Below, piece by piece: positions 36,401-44,161 of a DNA stretch of 64,000 bases. Position numbers and translations under genes: made by a program. Source of the stretch: Planctomycetota bacterium (GTDB lineage: Bacteria; Planctomycetota; UBA8108; SXIK01). Where the stretch lies: assembly GCA_965223845.1 (NCBI GenBank), contig CBDCXR010000004.1:4032001-4096000 (forward strand), written 5' to 3'. The notes below the pieces were generated by a model. That model made no database searches. It saw only the letters and a list, made by a program, of their open reading frames with translations, and was not told where the DNA came from. Positions within the stretch are counted from its first letter, which is position 1; each line of letters begins with the position of its first letter.

Positions 36401-39287
36401 TACCGCTACCGCTCACGATGCCGTACGTGCGCGTCTCGTACGCCTGTCCCCACGCGTCGTAATAGCTCTTTGTCTTCGCAAGAAGAGTCGGCGATCCTCC
36501 ACTGTCGTCGTAACGCCGGTCTTCGGTGACGCGGCCGAGGTTGTCGTAATCCCGCTCGACCTTCACATCCTCGGGTTCGTAGATGTCCGTCGCGCGCCCG
36601 CGATAGTCGTAGGTCGTGTCCGTCTCGCGGTCATCGCTCGTCGAGTGGTTCGTGTCGAGCTTCCGGCGAGTGAGAAACCCATCGCCGACGTTTGTCGAAG
36701 TGTCTTCTTCGTCATCGTAGAAGAGCTCCTCGACGAGCGTCATGTTGTCGCTCCCGCCGCCGTCGATCGTGCCGACCTTGCGGGTTTTCATGCGCCCGAG
36801 CACGTCGTACGAGTACCGCGTGATCGTCCCAGCCGGCGTTTTCGTCGTCTCGAGGCGTCCGGAGGAGTCGTACGTCGAAATCGTCTCGTGCTTGTCTGCC
36901 GTCGAGAGATCGGCGTCGCTCCAGACAGACGCCTTCGTCTGGCGACCGCCCGTGTACTCGAACTCTGTACGCTGGACGATGTCCCCGTTGAACCCGTCTT
37001 CGAGAGTCGCCTCGGTCTCGTCGAAGTCGTTCGGGAGATACGTTCCGCGCGTGGCCGACGCAAGCTCGCCCTTCGCCTGGGTCACGACATCGCCGTGGTG
37101 ATCCAGAACGGTAAGGTCGATCGCAGCGTGGTAGTACGCAGAACCGACGTGCGGGTACTCCATGAGAACAAGCTCATCTCCGGAGAGCTTCGAGTAGTAC
37201 CATCGCTTTGTCGTCTCGTAGGACACGATCGACGTCCCGTTGTAGGCGTCGAACGCCGGCGCGATGTGCTTCGTCCGCCGAGCGAGCTCGTCGTACTCCC
37301 ACTCGTCAACGAGATTGAGGCCGCTCGTCGTCGCGAACACCGTGTCAGGTGCAGCGGGGACCCCGGTCGGGCGATTCGAGTTGTCGAGATCGACGACGCG
37401 AGTGGTAGCCACCCGGAGATCCGCGTCGTAGCCGGTGTAAGTGACGTAGCCTTCGCCATCCTTCGTCCACGTCTGGAGGCCGTCGTCCTCCAAATACGCG
37501 TACAGCGAGACGGCCGAGTTCGGCCCGTTCTGAGCCGTCGTCACGGTCGGAAGCGTCGTCGTCCGTTTCTTCACCGCAAGCGCATCGGTGTGATACGTGT
37601 ACGCGAAAGTCGTCTCGTTCGATCCCGTGTCCGTCGTCGTCTCCGTCGGATAGACCTTGTCCGACGTCTTCACGTACCGCCGCCGGCTCCCGGAGGTCTT
37701 GAAGGTGAACGCCTTCTTTCGCTGATAGTTCCAGTTCCCGTTCCCGGGATCGCGAAGCTTGACCGTGCTCAGCGCATTGTCCGAGTCGTAGGTGTACTGG
37801 TAGCGCATCCCGTCCGTCGTGTTCGTCGTCACCACGTGAGTCGACGAGTTGTAGCTGTCACACGCCGCCACCGAGTAGCTGTCGGTGAGGCGGCCGGTCG
37901 TGTCGTGACGGAACGTCGTGATCCACCGCCGGGAGCTCGAGTTCGATTCGTCTTCCTGGAGAATCGAGTTCAGGGTCTGCCCGTACTTGTTGTAGTCGAT
38001 GATCCTCCGCGCGTCGTTTGGGAGGACGATCTCGACCTTTCGGTACCACGTGTTGAGATCGGACGGCGTCGAGCCGTTCTGCGCCCAAGAGTACGCGAAC
38101 GCTCCGGACCCACTCCCGCAGCCGCAATCGTCGTTGAGCGTGAGATCCCGAAGCCGGCGGTCCGAGTTGTATTCGTACTCGCGAGTGAGGTAACCCGAGA
38201 GCTGGGACACGGTCCGCGTGTAGATGTCGAGCGTCGGATTGTCGTCGTCGAACGCCTTGACGTCGCCCGGCTCGATCACCGCCGCGATTTGGTACGGATT
38301 GCCCGGGTTCGTGGTCGAGTTGTAGGTCCCCGTGTAGTACTTGAAGACCCACTTCCGGGTGTAGTCCTCTCCCGAGTCGGAGAGATCGCGCGTGTCCTCG
38401 ATGCCGATGAGGTCGCCGGTCGAGCTCCCCGCGGCACTCGTCACCTGCTCGTGATAGGTGAATTCGATCGTTCGGTAGACGACCCAGCTCGTGCTCGGCT
38501 TGTGTGCGACCTCGATTTTGTCGACTCGCTTGCCGCTCCCGTGGTCGGTGAGGGTGTAGGTCCACTTTCGGACCTCGGTACTCGAGTCCGATTTCTGGAT
38601 CACCGTGATCGCCGACGAGGTGTAGGAGATCGTAATCTCGGCGGAACCGATACCCTCGATCTTCGTGCAGCGCTTCGTCGACCCAGTCTCGTTGAACGTG
38701 TAGGTCTTTCCGCCGATGTCGTAGACGTAAACCCAGTTCCCGCTCACGTAGAGCTTCGACTTCGCATTCCCGTTCCGCCCCCAAAACGTGTACGAGTCCG
38801 ACTGATCCTGATCGTAGACCCGGTACGTATTCGCGTCGAAGCGGACGATCCACTGCTGGTTCTGGTAGGAGTCGTCCATTACATACGGAATCTTCGGAAA
38901 CCAGTTGTTCCCGATCATCCGCGTCGTCCCGTTGTTCGTGTAATCCGTCCCGTTCTTGTACCGAGTCCGGTACGTCGGCGACGGATCCCACTCAAGCCCT
39001 CCCGGCCCCTCCTGCCCGCCGAGACGCGGCGCGACGTTGTCGAACCCGCCGCTCCCGTCGACGGGCTCCGTCCAGCGGTCCTTCGACGGCTCGGCGTCGA
39101 GTCCCGGGAAGCCCTCCATGAGCGTGGTGGTGAGATCGTCTCCTCCGGTCTCCCCCAGGATCCGCCACGCGTGGAGCGGCATGAATTCGTAATCGTCCTC
39201 TTGAGCGAGGGCTGACAGCGGTGCAGCGAAGAGAGCAACAATGAACAGGAAGTTGCGGCGGTAAGTGCGCGTAGAGCTCATGTCCAT
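33450..39287 (-). CDS. RHS/YD-repeat protein with signal peptide and Cys-rich C-terminal domain
   Basis: Many YD repeats (YDELAR, YDSSGRL, YDVLGR, YDNLGRV, YNAQGD, YDAWGRL); RHS core FDFRARWQDPEFGRFLTRDSIG; signal peptide RRNFLFIVALFAAPLSALA. ATG 39281 is an alternative start. Confidence 0.92.
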   Translation of the reverse strand: MDMSSTRTYRRNFLFIVALFAAPLSALAQEDDYEFMPLHAWRILGETGGDDLTTTLMEGFPGLDAEPSKDRWTEPVDGSGGFDNVAPRLGGQEGPGGLEWDPSPTYRTRYKNGTDYTNNGTTRMIGNNWFPKIPYVMDDSYQNQQWIVRFDANTYRVYDQDQSDSYTFWGRNGNAKSKLYVSGNWVYVYDIGGKTYTFNETGSTKRCTKIEGIGSAEITISYTSSAITVIQKSDSSTEVRKWTYTLTDHGSGKRVDKIEVAHKPSTSWVVYRTIEFTYHEQVTSAAGSSTGDLIGIEDTRDLSDSGEDYTRKWVFKYYTGTYNSTTNPGNPYQIAAVIEPGDVKAFDDDNPTLDIYTRTVSQLSGYLTREYEYNSDRRLRDLTLNDDCGCGSGSGAFAYSWAQNGSTPSDLNTWYRKVEIVLPNDARRIIDYNKYGQTLNSILQEDESNSSSRRWITTFRHDTTGRLTDSYSVAACDSYNSSTHVVTTNTTDGMRYQYTYDSDNALSTVKLRDPGNGNWNYQRKKAFTFKTSGSRRRYVKTSDKVYPTETTTDTGSNETTFAYTYHTDALAVKKRTTTLPTVTTAQNGPNSAVSLYAYLEDDGLQTWTKDGEGYVTYTGYDADLRVATTRVVDLDNSNRPTGVPAAPDTVFATTSGLNLVDEWEYDELARRTKHIAPAFDAYNGTSIVSYETTKRWYYSKLSGDELVLMEYPHVGSAYYHAAIDLTVLDHHGDVVTQAKGELASATRGTYLPNDFDETEATLEDGFNGDIVQRTEFEYTGGRQTKASVWSDADLSTADKHETISTYDSSGRLETTKTPAGTITRYSYDVLGRMKTRKVGTIDGGGSDNMTLVEELFYDDEEDTSTNVGDGFLTRRKLDTNHSTSDDRETDTTYDYRGRATDIYEPEDVKVERDYDNLGRVTEDRRYDDSGGSPTLLAKTKSYYDAWGQAYETRTYGIVSGSGTDYTNVETWRDKRGLEVKSLSQGKVFNKTEYDGAGRATRKSVGYDTDESSYADALTISGDTVVTETRTEYDDGGTPVLIGTYERNHDATGTGALTVGSSGNGRAQYTGIWYDELHRRVATINYGTNGGTDLTTRPSGVPSSSSTKLLTEWAYTIKSQAETMTDPAGIDQRTEYKDWGAVHKTIDNYVDGTPGTDNDRTVERTYNADGQLHKITLKAPAGSSDQVTEYVYGVVIGSTPDSRLASNDLVKTVKHPAGVGDTDETDYAYNAQGDVIWTEDQNDTVHAYRYDGRGRMEHDIAGVLGTGIDGAVRRVAIVYDKLDRPTHITTYDSHLVGFGNVVNEVEYEYGKFGVVEEIFQEWDGAVTGSSESVDYAYSFPTDGTTGLRRTSFTYPGGTVVTEVYDSGTDDTISRLSGRKQGTNWIFQDEYLGMGRLVEREYGSSDVIWTLVGTDSDNNDDYLGLDRFGRIDDLKVKDTSTNPDTLINHYVYTYNARGQVTLREDEVGNVSGYYIFNESYDYDDLGRLTDRKRGRYGTYMYDYEHTECWTLSHAGNWDLYEDGTHLTSVCPDSVDPAPNVSNEYATIDSVTQGYGANGSLTQRDVGDVKNLTYDAWGRLVEVEDATGTPVVIATIEYNGLGQKVRRTDSPTLADTKYYFSLESQVVEEVDDSDDSLIAWTTWGTQYVDEVTMRGTGTGTSYWEFQAADRNFNVVTRFDSSNSVNARQVYDGYGEPQQFDLNWSSATLSTDRHLFSGRQFHNDVGFFDFRARWQDPEFGRFLTRDSIGQGDAGNLDAGNLYVYRAGDPRSVVEPESSPILAAYEGEGYTGPRIEPVPWDFETNSTFYRFHRCCEVATNSAIGNCCNCTESVVQIVTEDSEIVDLFPYECRDCDAFYDVGYSPPEPKQWYKVRGGCTGCLESDEISYDCITFQGDVGMIWGGQWVDPWTLRPKSEEEVDEDEGPTWWCTPECQAEGSGEHFPGCQAGCR

Positions 39288-39455
39288 CCCCCAAAACTGT
39301 GTGGATCACAGAACGGCTGCGATACCAGTGCCCGGTCGGTCGAGTCGGCCGCGTCTTTGGACGAGCCCGGTTCTCAGACCGAATGGTCCCCAGGGCACAC
39401 CTCGAACACCGTGGCGACGGGGAACCCTCCCGCGTCACCACACTACGGACCGAGC

Positions 39456-40289
39456 TCAACGTGGGAGCACTGCCTCGGCCGCGACGGCTGCCCCGCTCGC
39501 GGCACCTTCGAATTCTTTGAGGAACCGGACCCACTGCGCCGCTCGCGCGACGTCTCCCTTGGCCACGAGGTCCTCGACGGGTTTCGGATCCCGTAAGAGC
39601 ACCGAGTAGACGGGACTCGGCGGCCCCTTCAGTCGATGATTTCGCCTCAGCCGCCCGAGGAGCGCGACGAGATCGTCACACGTAAACGTGTCTCCGAGCG
39701 CACCGAGGAACTTTCCGTTCGCGCCCCGCACGATGACCTTGAGGTCGGTGCGGCGGCGGAGCGTCGACGGCTGTGCGGCTTCGTCCTCGGGGCTGATGAG
39801 CGCTCCGACGAAGAAGCCTGCCATTTGATCCTCAACTTCGAACGTCGACAGACAAGCCTCGAGCTCGCGCTGGTTGATGTCCTCGTCGACGAACATCTGA
39901 ACGAGGGGACGACCCGAGAAAGCACAGCGCTCGGCGCCGAGCGCGGCTCCCCACTGAAACGGCAGAAGGAGCTCCTCTCCCTCGCCCGCGGCGTCCGCGG
40001 GTGCTTCGGCTTCCTGCGGCTCCGGTGCCGCCTTTGCCTTGCCGGGCGTTGCCGGCGCGGCCGCTTTCGCCGGATCCGCTTTCGCGACCTTCGCCGGTTC
40101 TGGCTCCGCGGCCGTCGCCTTCGCCTTCTTCGGGTCGGCGTCGTTCGCCGACTCCGGCTCGGCCGCGGCGAGAATCGGAGTCGCCCCGGTCTCCCGATCT
40201 CCACTGCCGAGGAAGATCACCGCCCCGATCGCCAATACCAGAACCCCCGATGCGGCGGCACTGATGCCGCGCTTAGCTCTTGGACTCAT
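39456..40289 (-). CDS. Hypothetical membrane-anchored protein with Ala/Pro/Lys linker and possible thioredoxin-like fold lacking CxxC
   Basis: TM VLVLAIGAVIFL; PAKA-type linker; FQWGAALGAERCAFSGRPLVQMFVD resembles the start of thioredoxin_7-like domains; GGGGAG RBS. Confidence 0.6.
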   Translation of the reverse strand: MSPRAKRGISAAASGVLVLAIGAVIFLGSGDRETGATPILAAAEPESANDADPKKAKATAAEPEPAKVAKADPAKAAAPATPGKAKAAPEPQEAEAPADAAGEGEELLLPFQWGAALGAERCAFSGRPLVQMFVDEDINQRELEACLSTFEVEDQMAGFFVGALISPEDEAAQPSTLRRRTDLKVIVRGANGKFLGALGDTFTCDDLVALLGRLRRNHRLKGPPSPVYSVLLRDPKPVEDLVAKGDVARAAQWVRFLKEFEGAASGAAVAAEAVLPR

Positions 40290-40831
40290 CGTGAACTCCC
40301 CACGAGTACGTGATCCAAGTGCGAGTGAGTCGATCGTATCGATCGCTCAGACGCCGCCGAGACCCTCAGCGAGCGTCGCCGCCCCGCCTCGCACGAATTC
40401 GACTTGGTCCGAAAGACACTCTATCTTTCGCGGTCGAGATCGAGCCCCCTCCCAGACGGATCACCGTCCGGATTTCGACGCAACCCCGATCCGGCGTTCT
40501 GTTTTTCCCCTCGCGTCTCGCTCATCCGAAAAACGAATCCCGGATGGTTGCGAAACTCGAAAACAAGAATGCCCGTGTCGTCTTCGCGCCCTCGTCTCCC
40601 TTGTGTATTCATCCGAGAAGACCGCACGGGCTAAGTGTCAAAAAGAATCTCCTAGTTTTTTGTTCGCACGAAAATCTGACTGATCGGAGTGGTAGTTGCA
40701 TCGGTTGACGTTCAATTCGAGCAAGTGAAACTGCGTGATCGAACGGGGCAAACCGCAAGGCGCGCCCGAAAAGCGCAGAAGATGAGAACTTAACGGGATG
40801 CATCGAGCGCCCATGCGATGTGACGTCGGTT

Positions 40832-40964
40832 GGCACCGACGCACGGGACGGCCCCGCTCTCGCGCGTGACCGATCCGCCCTGACCCCACGAGCCCGCCGT
40901 CTCCCGTTGCCCGAACGGGAACGCGTGCGGGCACGTGTACAGCCAAAGACGGCAAAGAGCCTCG
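40832..40964. repeat. About 135-bp structured non-coding repeat, copy 2
   Basis: Homolog of 31629-31762; lies just past the stop codon of the Gfo/Idh/MocA gene. Confidence 0.85.
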
Positions 40965-40982
40965 ACCAGCCGTAAACCCGAG

Positions 40983-42269
40983 CTACAAGCTCCAGCCCTT
41001 CCGGTACTCCCGCTTCAAATACCGACTCGCCTCCGGGCAGTTCGTCGCCTCGAGCTTCTGGCCGTTCCACTCGAGCTTCTTACCCGTGCGGAACGCGACG
41101 TTCCCGAGCAGAACGGCTTCGGTCAGCGAGCCGCTGTAATCGAAGTTGCACGTCGTCGGTGCGCCCGTCCTACACGCGTGGATCCACTCGTTGTGGTGTC
41201 CGATCGACTTCGGGATGTACGGCCGCGGCGGCTCGTAGTCCTCGAAGTCGTCGCGCGGATAGAGAATGTGGCGCCCGTAATCGGCGAGCATCATCCCCTT
41301 CTCGCCGACGAAGAGGACGCCGCTCCCCCACTGGGGAAGGTCGTGCTCCTTGAGGTGGGGCGGCCGCATGTCGGTGTCGTACCACGTGAAGTCGACCGGC
41401 GGGAGCGAGCCGCGCCGCGGGAAGCGGTAGTTCACGATCAGGTTCTTCGGCGCGGTCTCCGGGTGCACCTCCGGCCCCTTCGCCTCGACGGTGAGCGGGT
41501 GGCGAAGATGGAGCGCCCAGAAGGGCAAGTCCATGAAGTGGCAGCCCATGTCGCCGAGCGTCCCGCCGCCGAAGTCCCACCAGCGGCGCCAGTTCGCCGG
41601 GCAGTACGTCGGGTGGTACGGACGCTCGGGCGCGGGGCCGAGCCAGAGATCCCAGTCGAGGTACTCGGGGACGGGCCGTCCTTTCTGCGGACGTTCTCCG
41701 CCCGACCAAGTCTTTCCGACCCAGACGTGCACCTCGCCGACGGCGCCGAGTACACCCGTGTTGATCGCTTCGACGACGCGACGATAGTTGTCGTTCGCGT
41801 GGATCTGCGTGCCCATCTGCGTTGCGAGTCCCGTCTCGAGCGCGAGCTCCGCAACCTTGCGCGCTTCGTACACCGAGTGCGAGAGCGGCTTCTCGCAGTA
41901 GACGTGTTTTCCCGCGCGGAGCGCCATTGCGCTCGCCGGCGCGTGGCAGTGGTCCGGCGTGCTGACGGTGACGGCGTCGAGATCCTTCTGATCGAGGAGC
42001 TTCCTGAAATCGCGGTACGTCTTCGCGTTCGGATGCCGCTTCGCCGCCTCGCCCAGGTAACGCGCGTCGACGTCGCAGAGCGCCGCGATATTCTGACTCA
42101 GAACCGCGTCGAAGTTCGCGCGCCCGCGGTGGTTCACGCCGATGATTCCGATGTTCAGCTTCTCGTTCGGCGAACGGGCCCAGCCGCGGCTGCCGGCGCT
42201 GCCGATCACGAGTCCGGCGGCAGTGGTCGAGATCGTCTGCAAGAATTCCCGTCGGGTCCGGTGCGCCAT
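40983..42269 (-). CDS. Gfo/Idh/MocA family oxidoreductase (Tat signal)
   Basis: TRREFL, IGIIGV, STPDHCH, HVYCEKPL, DWDLWLGPAP, WRRWWDFGGGTLGDMGCH, REYRKGW. Confidence 0.92.
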   Translation of the reverse strand: MAHRTRREFLQTISTTAAGLVIGSAGSRGWARSPNEKLNIGIIGVNHRGRANFDAVLSQNIAALCDVDARYLGEAAKRHPNAKTYRDFRKLLDQKDLDAVTVSTPDHCHAPASAMALRAGKHVYCEKPLSHSVYEARKVAELALETGLATQMGTQIHANDNYRRVVEAINTGVLGAVGEVHVWVGKTWSGGERPQKGRPVPEYLDWDLWLGPAPERPYHPTYCPANWRRWWDFGGGTLGDMGCHFMDLPFWALHLRHPLTVEAKGPEVHPETAPKNLIVNYRFPRRGSLPPVDFTWYDTDMRPPHLKEHDLPQWGSGVLFVGEKGMMLADYGRHILYPRDDFEDYEPPRPYIPKSIGHHNEWIHACRTGAPTTCNFDYSGSLTEAVLLGNVAFRTGKKLEWNGQKLEATNCPEASRYLKREYRKGWSL

Positions 42270-42513
42270 GGAAGCGTCCTCTGAGTGGTCGTGGATCCGC
42301 GTCGACCGCGACAGCGCCGCGCGTGAAGTTCGTTCCGAAGACCCAGATTGTGTTGGGACGGAGCGGCCTTGGGCAAGCGCTATCCCGTTCCGGCCGTACG
42401 GTCCTCGGCGCGAGAACTCTTTCGGCCGCGATGGAGCGGGAAGTATCATGCGGCGCCGGACGCGTCGTCCACCCGCACTTTTCCCAAGCTTTCCGCATCC
42501 CTCCGAGAGCCCG

Positions 42514-44019
42514 ATGCCCGTAGAACCTTCCGATCCCGCGCTCGACTCCACGGCTGCGATCCCCCCCGGAGCGCTTCCCCCGCTCGAGGTTCGCGACCTC
42601 CCCGAGCCGATTCCGCTGCGCCGAATGATCGGTCCGAGCGTGATGCTCGCCGGACTCGCACTCGGGAGCGGGGAATTCGTCCTCTGGCCCTACATAACCT
42701 ACGAGAGCGGGTTCGTGTTTTTCTGGGCCTGTCTCCTCGGGATTACGACGCAGTACTTCCTCAACATGGAGATCACCCGCTGGAGCCTCGCAACGGGCGA
42801 GAGCGCGATCACCGGGTTCGCCCGGCTGAGCCGCCACTGGGCGTGGGTGTTCCTCGTTTTGAATATCGTTCCGTGGCTCGTGCCCGCCTGGTCGAAAGGT
42901 GCCGCGCAAGTCGTGAGTTGGCTCGTCTGGGGGCCATCGTCCCCCGATACGTTCGCGAGCCCCTACGTCACCGAACTCTCGATCGCGGGGCTCTTCGGAT
43001 GCGGAATCGTTCTCACCGCGGGAAGAGTCGTCTACGAGACCGTCGAGCGGATTCAGATCGTTCTCGTCTCGCTGATCCTGATTCTCGTCGTCGTCCTCGC
43101 GTGCCTCCTCGTTCGGGGCGACGCGGTGGTGGCGCTCGCCGCGGGTTCGGTCAGCTTCGGATCATTTCCCGAGTTCACCGAGCAACTCACTCCCGCCGTT
43201 CTTCTCGGTGCGATCGCGTTCGCGGGCGCAGGCGGGACGCTCAACCTCGGTCAGAGCAACTACGTGAAGGACAAGGGCTACGGGATGGGGAAGTACATCG
43301 GCCGCATCACGAGCCCGATCACGGGTCAGGTCGAGGCGATTTCCGAAATCGGCTACCAGTTTCCACCGACGCCGGACAACCTCGCGCGCTGGCGCCGCTG
43401 GTGGCGCGCAGCGAGCCTCGAGCACTTTCTTACGTTCTTCATCACCTGTCTCGTCTGCCTCGTTCTCCTCACCCTGGTCAGCTATTCCCTCTTCTTCGAC
43501 GCGAGCGGAAACGCCGTATCGGGCGCGACCCAGTACGGAAAGGGGATGGACTTCGTCTGGGGCGAAGCCGTGAAGCTGAGGGAGCTCCTCGGCCCGAGCG
43601 TGCAGATTCTGTTTCTCGTGATGGGCGGAGCGGTGCTCCTCACGACGGAGTTCGGCGTCCTCGACGCGGCGTCGCGCGTCTCGACCGACGTCGTCAAGGT
43701 CAACTGGCTCCGGAAGAGCGAACGCTGGAGCGAGAATCGGCTCTATTACGCCTTCCTGTGGGGAACGATCCTCGTCGGCACGGCGATCTTGCTCGTCGGT
43801 ACGGATCGCGTCGGCGCGTTCGGACTCTTCAAGTTCACCGCCTCTCTCAACGGCGCGGTGATGTTCGTCTACTCGGGGACGCTGCTCTACCTGAACCGAT
43901 TCCGACTGCCGAAGCCGATCCGCATGAGCGGCGTGCGCACGCTGATCCTCGCGTGGTCGTTCCTCTTCTTCGGTTTCTTCGCGGCGTGGACGGGATGGTC
44001 GATCTTCGCGGGGAGCTGA
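42514..44019 (+). CDS. Nramp-like (APC superfamily) membrane transporter
   Basis: IGPSVMLAGLALGSGEFVLWP, QYFLNMEITRW..ATGE, AFAGAGG; about 11 hydrophobic segments. Confidence 0.8.
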   Translation: MPVEPSDPALDSTAAIPPGALPPLEVRDLPEPIPLRRMIGPSVMLAGLALGSGEFVLWPYITYESGFVFFWACLLGITTQYFLNMEITRWSLATGESAITGFARLSRHWAWVFLVLNIVPWLVPAWSKGAAQVVSWLVWGPSSPDTFASPYVTELSIAGLFGCGIVLTAGRVVYETVERIQIVLVSLILILVVVLACLLVRGDAVVALAAGSVSFGSFPEFTEQLTPAVLLGAIAFAGAGGTLNLGQSNYVKDKGYGMGKYIGRITSPITGQVEAISEIGYQFPPTPDNLARWRRWWRAASLEHFLTFFITCLVCLVLLTLVSYSLFFDASGNAVSGATQYGKGMDFVWGEAVKLRELLGPSVQILFLVMGGAVLLTTEFGVLDAASRVSTDVVKVNWLRKSERWSENRLYYAFLWGTILVGTAILLVGTDRVGAFGLFKFTASLNGAVMFVYSGTLLYLNRFRLPKPIRMSGVRTLILAWSFLFFGFFAAWTGWSIFAGS

Positions 44020-44161
44020 GCTCGAGCCGAGACGCGCTCGAGCGAAGCGCGGCGGAAATCCGGTAGCGAGAGCCCCGCGGCGGTCCTCTAATACCTCATC
44101 GCGCGCGGTGCGCTTCGCGAGTGCGTGGCCGCCGCGCCCGAGAGGTAGGAGGATCCCCCGC

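Noticed and set aside
40745-40780. GGGCAAACC resembling a c-di-GMP-I riboswitch start
   Set aside because: Lacks the GAAA-tetraloop stem and the following GACGCAAAGC; it also points away from the adjacent downstream genes.
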